Shown one piece after another: positions 1 through 9,552 of a stretch of DNA of 64,000 nucleotides. Location of the stretch: the NCBI GenBank assembly GCA_963799775.1, contig CAWCYD010000003.1:1920001-1984000 (forward strand), in the 5' to 3' direction. How positions within the stretch are numbered: position 1 is the stretch's first letter; each line of letters starts with the position of its first letter. The DNA comes from an uncultured archaeon. Lineage in GTDB: Archaea > Thermoproteota > Nitrososphaeria > Nitrososphaerales > Gagatemarchaeaceae. Under the pieces are notes generated by a model, which was not told where the DNA came from, did no database searches, and saw only the letters and a program-made list of their open reading frames with translations. Made by a program: the position numbers and the translations under genes.

Positions 1-284
1 TCCCTCAATGGAAAGACGAAGCCGAAAGAAGTGCTTTCATCTACCTTGACATGCTGCATAGCCTGTGGGAACAAGTTTGGATTGCACACCGTGAGGGACG
101 ATTATTTGAAGAGAGTTGGGAAATATGGCGGGCTTGGATCAAAGAGTTGAGCTCGTCAGACTCTTTCTTGAAGCATTTTGACTACAACAAAGAGTATTAC
201 AGTCGTTCGTATGTGACCGAAATTGAGGATCTGATTTCTGCTAAACCGAAATCATCGCCATCGCCAGCCACAATGAAATCATAA
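1..284 (+). CDS. 5'-truncated hypothetical protein, noticeably AT-richer than the rest of the window
   Basis: Frame is open from base 3 (PQWKDEAERSAFIYLDMLHSLWEQ...) to TAA at 282-284; no family recognised. Confidence 0.55.
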   Translation, partial: PQWKDEAERSAFIYLDMLHSLWEQVWIAHREGRLFEESWEIWRAWIKELSSSDSFLKHFDYNKEYYSRSYVTEIEDLISAKPKSSPSPATMKS

Positions 285-369
285 GTGCGAGAATCAAGAT
301 TACGGAGGATGTCCACGAGAAGGCTCGTCGGCGCCAGAGAGGCAAAGGTGAGTAGAGGCTCTCGCTCTC

Positions 370-759
370 TCAGGCTGGCGTCGAGTTATCTGCATGATAT
401 TCTTTGTAGTTCAGGAACAGCTCCTCTCCCGGCTTGATGCTTCCCGTCGCGACCAGGCGGGCCGATAGCCCGCTCATATCGATAAGGAACCTGACGTTCG
501 CATTCCCGCTGTGATCAAGGAAGTTCGACCAGTAATTGGGGCTCCCTTCCGGCTCTTCGTCCCAAAACAAGGGCTCCCCGCCTGGCGCATTTCCTATGAT
601 TATGGCCCATCTTTTCCAGGGCGGAGATTTCGGCGCAGTGGTGACTATCATGTCCCCAAAAGACTGGACAAGGTCGTCCTCCTCGAACTGCCTGAGGGCG
701 AACACTCCCAACCCATGCGGGCACGAGCGGACCTCTAACAGGCCTGCAATCCCAGTCAA
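370..759 (-). CDS. SET-domain protein (putative lysine methyltransferase)
   Basis: HGLGVFA, NFLDHS (NHS-like) and IKPGEELFLNY motifs. Confidence 0.8.
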   Translation of the reverse strand: MTGIAGLLEVRSCPHGLGVFALRQFEEDDLVQSFGDMIVTTAPKSPPWKRWAIIIGNAPGGEPLFWDEEPEGSPNYWSNFLDHSGNANVRFLIDMSGLSARLVATGSIKPGEELFLNYKEYHADNSTPA

Positions 760-774
760 GGAGAACCTACTCGG

Positions 775-1317
775 TCATACCTCGAAGTGCCTGTTGAGGA
801 ACTTGTCCTCCGAGGCCGCGTACCTGTATCTTCCCACGACGATCGTCTCCCCCTTCCTCAGCCGGTTCACAAAGTCCGTCTCGGACGTTAACGCATCGAC
901 GAGAGTTCCGTCCCTGTTCCTCAAGAACGTCCATTCGCCCTCCTTCTTCTTGAAGCTCGACCACTCCAGCGAATCCAGGGCCTCCCGAAGGGCCTTGGTG
1001 GGAACGGCAGCAGTCATGGCGCTCGCAGGCGAGACGGGCTGCGGAGTCGTGGTCTTCGAGACTGAGGCTGTCGTCTTCGCCCACCTGATGGCTTCCTTGG
1101 CCCTGAGGAGCTCCGCCCTCTTCTTCTTCAGCTCCTCCATCGACCTGTCCAAGTCTGTGAGCTCTGCGTCCACTTGAGCCTCGTCAGATACCGCGACCAT
1201 CGGGGCTTTGGCCCGCCGGCCGGTATTTAGCGTCTCGGCAATGGGAAATGCCCCGGCGGAGGCCGAATGAACCCTTATGCGCCGTGACATCATATCTCCC
1301 TTCGCTGGAATCTGCAA
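775..1317 (-). CDS. hypothetical protein with a coiled-coil segment; true start possibly downstream
   Basis: 180-aa ORF with typical codon pattern, abutting the SET gene. Confidence 0.55.
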   Translation of the reverse strand: MQIPAKGDMMSRRIRVHSASAGAFPIAETLNTGRRAKAPMVAVSDEAQVDAELTDLDRSMEELKKKRAELLRAKEAIRWAKTTASVSKTTTPQPVSPASAMTAAVPTKALREALDSLEWSSFKKKEGEWTFLRNRDGTLVDALTSETDFVNRLRKGETIVVGRYRYAASEDKFLNRHFEV

Positions 1318-1326
1318 ACTGATATA

Positions 1327-1647
1327 TTGCTCCCCGAATCAAAAAACGAGCTAATGACGTCCCAAGAGTTCGGCGATGAGCTGGAGCACATAGCAAGGCC
1401 CTTGGTGGAAGCCGGGATCTACAAATCTCAGGAAGCATTCGTCCGGGACATCGTCAAAGGCATAGCCAGAGACCGCATAAAGACCTACGAAAGCGCCGTC
1501 AGGAAATACAAAGCCAAGTACGGAACTTTGGAACGTTTCGGAGCCAAGGTCAGGGGGAACGCTTCACCAAAGCAAGAGGACGATTGGATGGAATGGGAGG
1601 CAGCCGAGGACATGCTGAAGGCGTGGAAGAAGGTCGCCAAGAGCTAG
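1327..1647 (+). CDS. putative antitoxin partner of the downstream DUF6516 gene
   Basis: 106 aa, LVEAGIYKSQEAFVRD (RHH-like) and EDDWMEWE; 6 bp upstream of the DUF6516 gene. Confidence 0.55.
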   Translation: MLPESKNELMTSQEFGDELEHIARPLVEAGIYKSQEAFVRDIVKGIARDRIKTYESAVRKYKAKYGTLERFGAKVRGNASPKQEDDWMEWEAAEDMLKAWKKVAKS

Positions 1648-1653
1648 GTCCGA

Positions 1654-2001
1654 GTGCCTGTCAGCGACATCAACGCGCTCAGGAACTCCAAGATAGTCAA
1701 GGAAGTCGTCCAGACCCAGGTCGACAGCACCGGTGATTCATACATCCTCAAGGCAAGAGCCGATCTCGTCAACGGATGGTCGCTGCATTACTGGGAGCAC
1801 AGTACCAGCAGGATCCGGAGATATTCATTCCACGTCCTTCTCGGAAGGAAGACTGTCATCAGGTGGGACAACGCGCCACATCATCCAGCTATCTCATCAT
1901 TTCCCCACCACAAGCACGTCGGAGGGGCGATAGAGGCCTCAAGGGACATGACGGTCGAGCTCGTCTTGGCGGAGCTGCGGGCGATGATTGAAGAGCCTTG
2001 A
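1654..2001 (+). CDS. DUF6516 / TumE-family toxin
   Basis: Signature RWDNAPHHP...FPHHKH. Confidence 0.8.
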   Translation: MPVSDINALRNSKIVKEVVQTQVDSTGDSYILKARADLVNGWSLHYWEHSTSRIRRYSFHVLLGRKTVIRWDNAPHHPAISSFPHHKHVGGAIEASRDMTVELVLAELRAMIEEP

Positions 2002-2109
2002 TGCAACCCGTCGAGCCGTCCACAATCTGTAGCTCAACGTGCGAGTGAAATGCCCTTCGTCCAGTTCGGTTTGAGTAGAGCTCTCGGGGACTCGGAAGTC
2101 GGGGTGACC

Positions 2110-3750
2110 TTATTCCATCTCGCCGGGCGGCATAGAAGGCCCCTTCCTGCTGCCGCCGCTCGCGACCACGTCGTCTATCCTCAGGATCATACACGAGCAC
2201 TCGGTCGCAGAGCTGATTATCTGCTGCTTCACGCTCAGCGGCTCGATGACCCCCCTCTCGAGCATGTCCCGGATGCCCGTCCCCAGGACGTCCACCCCGA
2301 ACCAGGTCTTGCCCGCGCCATGCCTCTCCCGCAGCCCAACCTGGATGTCGATGGGGTCGAACCCCGCGTTGATTGCTAGCGCCTGCGGAATCGCCTCGAG
2401 CGCCGCCGCGAAGCCCTCCGCGGCCAGCTGCTCCCTACCCTCGAGCGTCCTCGACCACTTGTTCAACCGCTGGGACAGCTCTTCCTCGACCGCGCCGCCG
2501 CCCGCGACTATCGCGGGGTTCTCCAGCACGTCCTTTACGACCATGATGGCGTCGTGCATGGACCTCTCGACCTCGTCGAGGACCCGCTGGTTTCCGCCCC
2601 GCATGAAGAGAGTGACCGCCTTCGGGTTCTTGCACCCCTCCACGAACGTCCATTTGTCTCCCTCGACCTTCCTCTCCTCGACCAGGTCGGCCCGCCCGAC
2701 GTCTGCCTCGCTCAGGTCGTCGAGCCCGTTGACTATCCTTGCGCCCGTGGCCTTTGCGAGCTTGGCCATGTCGGACTCCTTCACCCTCTTTACTGAAAGT
2801 ATGCCTGCCTTGGCGAGGTAGTGCTGCGCCATCTCGTCTATCCCCTTCTGGCAGATGAGCACGTTGGCGCCCGACGCCGAGACCTTCTCGACCATGCTCC
2901 TGAGCATCCTCGTCTCCTCGTCCATGAACTGCTTCATCTGCGCCGGGTCGCTGATGCTGAGCTTCGCGTCGAACTCCGTCTTCTCTATCTCGAGGGCGGA
3001 GGTGACGAGCGCGATCTTTGCCTTCTCGACGCGCGTCGGCATCCCGGAGTGTGCCACCTCCTTGTCGAGGATGATGCCGCTGATGAGGGAGGTGTCCTTG
3101 AGAGACCCTCCGACCTTCTTGTCGACCTTCAGGTTGTCGAGGTCGACTGTGACCTTGCCTTCCTTCGTCTCCTCTGCTACCTGGAGAAGGGCGTCAACTA
3201 CGAGTGCGGCCAGCTCGGCGCTATCGTTCGAGACTACCTTCGAGGCGAGGCTGGTCCGGGCGATCTTGGTAAGCGTGGCCCTGTCCTTCCTCTCCACGCC
3301 TATCGCGATCTCGTCGAGGATCTTCTGTGCCTGGTGAGCCGCCTTCCGGTAGCCGTTCACGATGAGCATAGGGTGTACGCCCTTCTCCAAGAGCTTCTCA
3401 GCGTTACCTAGGAGTGCCCCTGCTAGAATCACCGACGAGGTGGTCCCGTCTCCGACCTCGCCGTCGACCGCCTTCGCGATCTCGACCATCATCTTCCCGG
3501 CGGGATGCTGGACGTCCATCTCCTTGAGCATCGTCGCGCCGTCGTTGGTTATCGTCACGTCGCCTAGCGAGTCGACGAGCATCTTGTCCATCCCTCTCGG
3601 GCCGAGCGAGGTCTTTACGATCTCAGCCATGAGCTTCGCCGCGGCGATGTTGTTGGTCTGAGCCCTCTTCCCTCGGCTCTGGGTGCTGCCCTGTCGCAGC
3701 ACGAGGACCTGCTGGCCGCTCGATGTGGTCACGAACGAAGATTCTGACAA
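2110..3750 (-). CDS. ths: thermosome (group II chaperonin) subunit
   Basis: LGPRGMDKMLVD, ITNDGAT, GDGTT, ILRIDDV motifs; 546 aa. Confidence 0.97.
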   Translation of the reverse strand: MSESSFVTTSSGQQVLVLRQGSTQSRGKRAQTNNIAAAKLMAEIVKTSLGPRGMDKMLVDSLGDVTITNDGATMLKEMDVQHPAGKMMVEIAKAVDGEVGDGTTSSVILAGALLGNAEKLLEKGVHPMLIVNGYRKAAHQAQKILDEIAIGVERKDRATLTKIARTSLASKVVSNDSAELAALVVDALLQVAEETKEGKVTVDLDNLKVDKKVGGSLKDTSLISGIILDKEVAHSGMPTRVEKAKIALVTSALEIEKTEFDAKLSISDPAQMKQFMDEETRMLRSMVEKVSASGANVLICQKGIDEMAQHYLAKAGILSVKRVKESDMAKLAKATGARIVNGLDDLSEADVGRADLVEERKVEGDKWTFVEGCKNPKAVTLFMRGGNQRVLDEVERSMHDAIMVVKDVLENPAIVAGGGAVEEELSQRLNKWSRTLEGREQLAAEGFAAALEAIPQALAINAGFDPIDIQVGLRERHGAGKTWFGVDVLGTGIRDMLERGVIEPLSVKQQIISSATECSCMILRIDDVVASGGSRKGPSMPPGEME

Positions 3751-3779
3751 GGATGCTCACTTGTGGGTTTCTGGAGCTC

Positions 3780-3875
3780 TTATCTGTGAAGCTTGCCCGC
3801 TGCTCGCCTGAAGTAATTCATCAGTCGCGTGCCCAAACTCTGCGGCACTCTCGTTGCCTGATTTGTTGTGCTCAT
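3780..3875 (-). CDS. possible 31-aa small ORF upstream of the thermosome (MSTTNQATRVPQSLGTRLMNYFRRAAGKLHR)
   Basis: ATG about 35 bp downstream of a TATATA box; stop 29 bp before the thermosome start. Confidence 0.35.
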   Translation of the reverse strand: MSTTNQATRVPQSLGTRLMNYFRRAAGKLHR

Positions 3876-3885
3876 CTATATTGCC

Positions 3886-3930
3886 TGTTTGTAATAGGCA
3901 TTACGCAGTATATATACCTGTCTACAAACA
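3886..3930. promoter_or_regulatory. inverted repeat TGTTTGTA...TACAAACA flanking a TATA box in a divergent promoter region
   Basis: 8-bp arms at 3886-3893 and 3923-3930, inner GTAAT-n4-ATTAC, GTATATATAC between them. Confidence 0.5.
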
Positions 3931-3968
3931 ACGATTAAATATTACATCTCGCCGGTCCAGCGGCAGAC

Positions 3969-4667
3969 ATGGCTGTCGTCACCAAGCAGTCGATACCGGC
4001 AGTCGTCGCGTCGATAATCACGCACAATCCGCCCGTTTACGAGTGCATCAAAGCGAAGCTGATCAACTACCACGCCCTGGCGGCGAACATAAAGTCCGAG
4101 GTCGAGAGGAAGGCCGGAAAGTCCACGACCGTCAACACCATCGTGGTGGCGATCATGAGGTTCTCGGACTCCGTCAAAGACGGAAGAAGCGGCCTTGAGG
4201 GAGCCTCGGACGTCCTGAGAGCCGCAAGGATCACGTTGGCCAGCGACGTCGTTGACGTCACGATCAAGGCGAAGAAGTCAGAGCTCCTCTCCATGGTGAA
4301 GCAGATAGCCGACCTGTCTTCGGCTTTGAACGAGCCCATCCACCTCTTCCAGCTCTCGAACTCGATCAAGCTCATAGCCGACGAGGTCGATTACAGGGCC
4401 CTGATACGGGGCTCTCTCGGCAAGGGCCACATCGCGAAGGAGACGACGAAGCTCTCTAGGCTGGACGTGCACCTCGCCCCGGAGGTGGAGATCAACCCGG
4501 AGTTCGGGCTCTTCCTCACCGAATTGCTCTATCGCCATGGCATCAGGATCCACCAGACCTACATCGGAGAAGAGACCATCCTCATCCTGGACAGGGACGA
4601 AGGCCCAAGAGCCTACGAGATTCTCCGAGATGAGATTGACAGAAGCAGGACGGACGCTGCCGAGTAA
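3969..4667 (+). CDS. archaeal HTH + ACT-like putative regulator
   Basis: LINYHALAANI...IVVAIMR N-terminus and ACT-like C-terminus. Confidence 0.7.
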   Translation: MAVVTKQSIPAVVASIITHNPPVYECIKAKLINYHALAANIKSEVERKAGKSTTVNTIVVAIMRFSDSVKDGRSGLEGASDVLRAARITLASDVVDVTIKAKKSELLSMVKQIADLSSALNEPIHLFQLSNSIKLIADEVDYRALIRGSLGKGHIAKETTKLSRLDVHLAPEVEINPEFGLFLTELLYRHGIRIHQTYIGEETILILDRDEGPRAYEILRDEIDRSRTDAAE

Positions 4668-4928
4668 GAAAGACGCTTCTAAGCTCCCGACGATGAAGCA
4701 CTCCTCGAAGAGTTTCCATTTCCTATCGCTGTTTGGTTTGCCCGAGCAGCAGGATTGATGCGCGACGGTTTGCTGCCGCCCGGGCCGGGGAAAGGTCGGC
4801 GCCTACCACCTGTTGCGATATAATGATGTCATACCTGTGACACGATAACATCATTCATTGCCGCTTAGTATACAGTTATTAAGGCCGCTTGGAGCACCAC
4901 CCCATCGGACGAAATAACGGTAGGATGA

Positions 4929-5258
4929 GTGAATAGGATGAGTTTTGGAAGTCGCGGAGGATTTGGCGGTAGCCGAGGAGGAAGCGGAGGTAGCGGAGGT
5001 TTTGGTTCCTTCAAGAAGCCAGTCGAGGTCGGTAAGGAGTACAACGTTACTATCTCCGACACGAGCAGGCGAGGAGAAGGGATCGCGAAGATCGACGGGT
5101 TCGTCATCTTCGTACCCGGCACCAGGATGGGTCAGAACGCAAGGATCAAGGTGACCCGTGTCTCGGAAAGGTTTGCCAGCGGGGAAATCGTCGAGCAAGG
5201 TGCCCCTGCAGCAGCGCCGTCAGCCCCTCAATCAACGGAAGGCAGCACGACGCAGTAG
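4929..5258 (+). CDS. stand-alone TRAM-domain protein (archaeal RNA chaperone)
   Basis: KPVEVGKEYNVTI...GEGIAKIDGFVIFVPG, with a Gly/Arg-rich N-terminus. Confidence 0.92.
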   Translation: MNRMSFGSRGGFGGSRGGSGGSGGFGSFKKPVEVGKEYNVTISDTSRRGEGIAKIDGFVIFVPGTRMGQNARIKVTRVSERFASGEIVEQGAPAAAPSAPQSTEGSTTQ

Positions 5259-5449
5259 TCGCATAGGCCTTCAGGCCTGCGCGTAACCACGCTGGCTGAC
5301 CCGCTCGGGCCAGCCACGTTCCTCTCTTTTTTCAAGTTGTCCTGTCGGATTGCACGGGACCCGCCAGCCACAGATTTCGCGATAGACACCGGCTTTCTCT
5401 TTATATACCCTTATATAGTCGGTATATCTAATACATAATCGAAATAGAT

Positions 5450-5971
5450 ATGTCCACAACAATGACGACTCAAATCACCTACCCAACAACCATCTTCGTA
5501 TCAGTCCTCCCAAAGATGCTCGGCCAAGTTACCGAGCAGCTAAGGAACATAGAGGGCATCACCTACTCCTCGCCGACCATCGGAAGATTCGACATGGCAA
5601 TCGAGCTAAAGGCGGCAGACTCGAAGCGTGTCTACGAGACCATAAACAGAATCCGATCGTTGAACGGGGTCACAGCGACACGAACCTACAACCCGGTCGA
5701 GGGCTCCGCAACCACCAAGACAGTCCAGTCAGTTGACTCTCTTGCGCTAGTGCTGTTGCAGGTCAACGAGCAGGCACAGAAGGTCCTACAATCAGTGCAG
5801 CAGATCCAGCAGGTCCGCAACGCGTTCATCGTACAGGGCGAATTTGACATCCTCGCGACCGTGTACGGGAAGAACACAGACGAGATTGTCTCCGCAGTCG
5901 ACAAGATCGCCGACGTGCAAGGCGTGAAGACGAGCGAGACGCTGTTAGCCTACAAGCCCCACTGGGCGTAG
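5450..5971 (+). CDS. tandem Lrp/AsnC ligand-binding (RAM) domain protein without HTH
   Basis: Two repeats of GxFD...GV..T/S.T. Confidence 0.8.
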   Translation: MSTTMTTQITYPTTIFVSVLPKMLGQVTEQLRNIEGITYSSPTIGRFDMAIELKAADSKRVYETINRIRSLNGVTATRTYNPVEGSATTKTVQSVDSLALVLLQVNEQAQKVLQSVQQIQQVRNAFIVQGEFDILATVYGKNTDEIVSAVDKIADVQGVKTSETLLAYKPHWA

Positions 5972-6089
5972 GCCGGATTTTTTCTAAAACCGTTACACCA
6001 ATCAGGCTACCGCTTCTAGGCAGAGCGCGGTCTCTCGCGCCTCTGCTTGAGAAGGCTATCTTCAAGGGGCTTCTCGTGCCCCGTCCGCA

Positions 6090-6344
6090 ATGTTTACAGA
6101 AATCCAGTCAAGCGCACGAGCCGTGCTCATCAGGGTCCACGTCACTCCGAACGCAAGGGAATCTCGGGTAGTAAAGCTCGGGGAGGCCGACTACGAGGTG
6201 AAGGTGGACGAGAAGGCGACGGACGGCCGGGCCAACAAGAGGTTGCTGGTGATTCTGTCCGAGCACTTCGGGGTTCCGAAGTCGAGGATCTCCATCGTGA
6301 GAGGCGCAAGATCGAGGGACAAGATTCTTGAGGTAACGTCCTGA
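6090..6344 (+). CDS. DUF167 (YggU-family) protein
   Basis: VHVTPNA, DGRANKRL, RGARSRDK motifs. Confidence 0.9.
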   Translation: MFTEIQSSARAVLIRVHVTPNARESRVVKLGEADYEVKVDEKATDGRANKRLLVILSEHFGVPKSRISIVRGARSRDKILEVTS

Positions 6345-6384
6345 GGGCGCTGGAACCGACCTCGCACCCCCATCAAGGGGGCGA

Positions 6385-7086
6385 CTACGTGGCGACGATG
6401 TTTCCGGTCATCCAGCCCGGGGTCTCCATCGCGCCCGAAAGGCCGGTGGGCCCTGAGCCACACAACGACATGCAGAGCCAGTTGAAGGTGCCCGTCTGAT
6501 TCAGCGTGATGTATGCCGTGGTCGTCGAGGATGGCGCAAGCGGGATGTTGATGCCCAGCTGGGGTATCGTGAAGGTGTGGGCTATGCCGTCGGCGGGGAG
6601 GCTCGAGACGGTCTGCCCCCCGGTGACCTGGATCCCCGATGCGCTTTGCGAGGAGTTGACGTTGCTGTTGCTCACCACGCTGACCGTGTTGTTCTGGGTA
6701 CCTGAGACCGAGGCATAGGACGACCCTGTCAGGTTAGCCGCTCCGTCGTCGTAGCATATGATCACGAGCTTGATCAGCTTGTGCGCAGGGACCGCCACGC
6801 TCGCGGCAGACTCGAGCCCGTTCGGCCCCAAGACGTAGTACGCGGGCTGGTCTCCGACGGTCGAGTTGTAGGTGTTGTTCGTCGTCACCACCAGGGTAAG
6901 CACGAAAGGTTGGGACGAGTTCGAAACGGCGCCCGAGCTGCTGCTCGCCGTGGCAGTCGAGGTGACTGTTATTGTATGACCCTGCGAAGGGTTCACCGAT
7001 GGCTCTATCCCGTATCCAATCGCAATCCGGGCAAGCCCGATGAGCACCATGAAGGCGATGCTAGCGATGATTCCTGAGGTCTTCAC
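6385..7086 (-). CDS. membrane-anchored cupredoxin-like protein
   Basis: N-terminal TM helix; AHTFTIP...GTFNWLCMSLCG...GWM copper-site-like motif. Confidence 0.7.
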   Translation of the reverse strand: MKTSGIIASIAFMVLIGLARIAIGYGIEPSVNPSQGHTITVTSTATASSSSGAVSNSSQPFVLTLVVTTNNTYNSTVGDQPAYYVLGPNGLESAASVAVPAHKLIKLVIICYDDGAANLTGSSYASVSGTQNNTVSVVSNSNVNSSQSASGIQVTGGQTVSSLPADGIAHTFTIPQLGINIPLAPSSTTTAYITLNQTGTFNWLCMSLCGSGPTGLSGAMETPGWMTGNIVAT

Positions 7087-7264
7087 TCGACGTTCGAAAC
7101 TTGACGCTGAAAGGAGACCCTATAACCATTAGGGCCGACTCTCAAGCTTGAGAATCGGGTGCAAAATCTGGTAAGTTTACCGCAATATGTCATCTGAAAA
7201 TAAGTGTCGTGATGGGTATCGCAATCCCCAACCCTCCCGTTTTGCTCTATGAACTGGGCCTGCG

Positions 7265-7585
7265 TCACTTGCCAGGAGGCCTGTACCGGGTCATCTTCCT
7301 CGCCGCTTTGTCGACCTCATCGACGGTGATGAGCGGGGTGAGCTTGATCGTGGTGGTGCCGCTTCCGTTGATCGTCCCGGACATCGCCACCGCGCTGATG
7401 TGGTCTGGAAAGTCGACGATGCCCACGACATCCGCGTCACCGAACGCGAAGTACATGGACTCGAGCTTCCCTCCGGCGCTCCTAATCGCCTGCTCTGCGG
7501 CTTCGCGCCGCTTAGAACCACCCTCCTTCATCAGGCCTTTCGCACCCTCTGAGGTGTATTTCGCCTGGAAGAGATACTTGGCCAT
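7265..7585 (-). CDS. GYD-domain protein
   Basis: KYLFQAKYT...GGKLESMYFAFGDADV. Confidence 0.85.
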   Translation of the reverse strand: MAKYLFQAKYTSEGAKGLMKEGGSKRREAAEQAIRSAGGKLESMYFAFGDADVVGIVDFPDHISAVAMSGTINGSGTTTIKLTPLITVDEVDKAARKMTRYRPPGK

Positions 7586-7661
7586 GAGAGCTGTCATTCC
7601 GTAGTTCGGTTTAACTGTTTCCCAAGGTCAACTCTGTCGTCATCAACCCCGTCGTCGCCGG

Positions 7662-8372
7662 CTAGGCCTTCTTCACGCCATTGAGGGCCGACAGGGAAGC
7701 CTTCTGACGGTCAGAGGCATCGAAATTCGACGGGGCGAGCCAGCGCTCAAAGGCCCGCTTCCGGACGGGCCACTCCGAGTCGAGCATTGAGAACCACGCG
7801 GTGTCCCTGCTGCGTCCCTTCACGATCATGTGCTGCCGGAAGGCCCCCTCGAAGGTGAATCCCAGGCGGAGGGCGGCCCCGCGCGACGGCGCGTTCAGCG
7901 CGTTGCACTTCCACTCGAGGCGTCGGTAGCCGAGTGCCTCGAAGACGTACTCGAACAGCAAGTACATCACCTCGGTCGCGCCCGCGGTGCGTTGCAGTCC
8001 ATGCGAGAACATCACATTGCCGACCTCGACCACCCTGTGCGCGGGCTCGATTCGCATGAGCGCGACCCATCCAAGGGCCTTCTGAGAGCCCTTGTCGACG
8101 ATGGAGAAGAAGAACGGGTCTTCCGACGCCGCCATCTCCTTCAGGCGAGAGTCGAAAGCACCACGAGTTGCATAGGGACCGGTCATAAGATACAGCCACA
8201 GGTGTTCATTCTCAGGTCCGCAAGTCACCCCGTAAAGCGAGTCTCCATGGGCCGACGGATTGATCGGGGTCACATCCACCAGACGACCGTGAAGGGTGAT
8301 CCCAGAAGGACGCTTGGCCGGTCTAGGGTCGACGACAGGACCAATTGGTCGAACGGGGTCGGCAGCAGCCAT
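7662..8372 (-). CDS. GNAT (RimJ/RimL-type) acetyltransferase
   Basis: LGYRRLEWKCNALN...LGFTFEGAFRQH...RDTAWFS. Confidence 0.92.
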   Translation of the reverse strand: MAAADPVRPIGPVVDPRPAKRPSGITLHGRLVDVTPINPSAHGDSLYGVTCGPENEHLWLYLMTGPYATRGAFDSRLKEMAASEDPFFFSIVDKGSQKALGWVALMRIEPAHRVVEVGNVMFSHGLQRTAGATEVMYLLFEYVFEALGYRRLEWKCNALNAPSRGAALRLGFTFEGAFRQHMIVKGRSRDTAWFSMLDSEWPVRKRAFERWLAPSNFDASDRQKASLSALNGVKKA

Positions 8373-8436
8373 GTCTTCTCGTGGTCAGGGTCGGGTAAAA
8401 AGCGATGTCCTCGCACGCGTCAAGGCAATACTATCG

Positions 8437-9447
8437 TCAGGTAGACGCTGCATGGGTCGTCCCCGGAGACCACACCGCGTACTCGTTGCGCAGCTCCTGC
8501 ATCAGCGTGAAGATCCCCGCGGGCGGGACGATGCCTTTCTCAGTCACGTAGAAGTCGATGTACTCGGGCGGGGTGAAGTCGAAGACAATGTTGCTGAACT
8601 TCACCTTGGGGTTGTGGTCCATCCAGTCCCTCGCGGCTATCTCTGTGGGTTCTTCTGCTCGACGTCGATCAGCTTCCCGGTCAGCGTCCCAAAGTCCACC
8701 TTGTAGCTCTCGGCGGCGGCGATGAAGTTCACCCGCGCCTCCTGCGCCAGCACGGCCACCTGGGACACGCCGATCCTGCTCACCAGCGCGCCGTTCCCCG
8801 ATATCGCGTCGCACCCCACTATCGCCTTGTCGGCGTCCCCCATCGTCACCCTGCAGGCGGAATCGCAAATCAGCGTGGTGTCTATGCCGTAGGCAGCGAG
8901 GGCTGCGGCGGTCCGGTGCCCCTGGAAGCTGGGCCTTGTCTCGGTGCAGAACACCCTGATCCCCTTCCCGAGGTCGTGCGCCTTCTTCAGGACGCTCATG
9001 GCGGCCTCGCTGTCCGAGTGGGTGATGATGGTGTCGCCGTTCTTGATGCGCCTGGCACCAATCTCCCCGATGTTCCTCACCGCGTCGAGGCTGTACGCGA
9101 GGAAGTCGTTCGCGGCGTTCACCGTCGCGTTCCTCACCTCCTCGACAGAGCCCTGGGACTCGAGGCACCTCGCTCCCCCGTTGAGGACGTAGTTGACGCC
9201 GTTGGTCAGCGCAAAAGCGGAAGGCCTCGACGACTTCAGCTTCTCTCCCGCCTCGAGGACGGGTTCCCAGTATTCCGCAGAGGTCTTCGCGGTGGCACCC
9301 TCGGCGTATTCCCTAAGGGCCTGCACGGCGTATCTGGCGACCCTGCTCCCACCACGGACCTTCATCCCCTTCAGGTCGTCGCACGCGTCGTCGACAGGGC
9401 CCGTGGGAACTCGTCTCTCGCCTTCTTTCCGTCGCTCGGAGTCTCCA
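8437..9447 (-). CDS. ribose-1,5-bisphosphate isomerase / eIF2B-family protein, frameshifted near 8640 and probably near 9395
   Basis: VRGG, SRPSA, ETRPSFQG, VGCDAI, AESYK; C-terminal FDFTPPEYIDFYVTEKG lies in another frame. Confidence 0.85.
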
Positions 9448-9552
9448 CGTGAATCCTTACGATTCTCCGGAGCTTAATAATTTGACGCTCGCGCTCGCAC
9501 ACAGCTCAACACGTGATGGACGCCGAAAACTCAACTTGAGGAAGGTAAAGAG

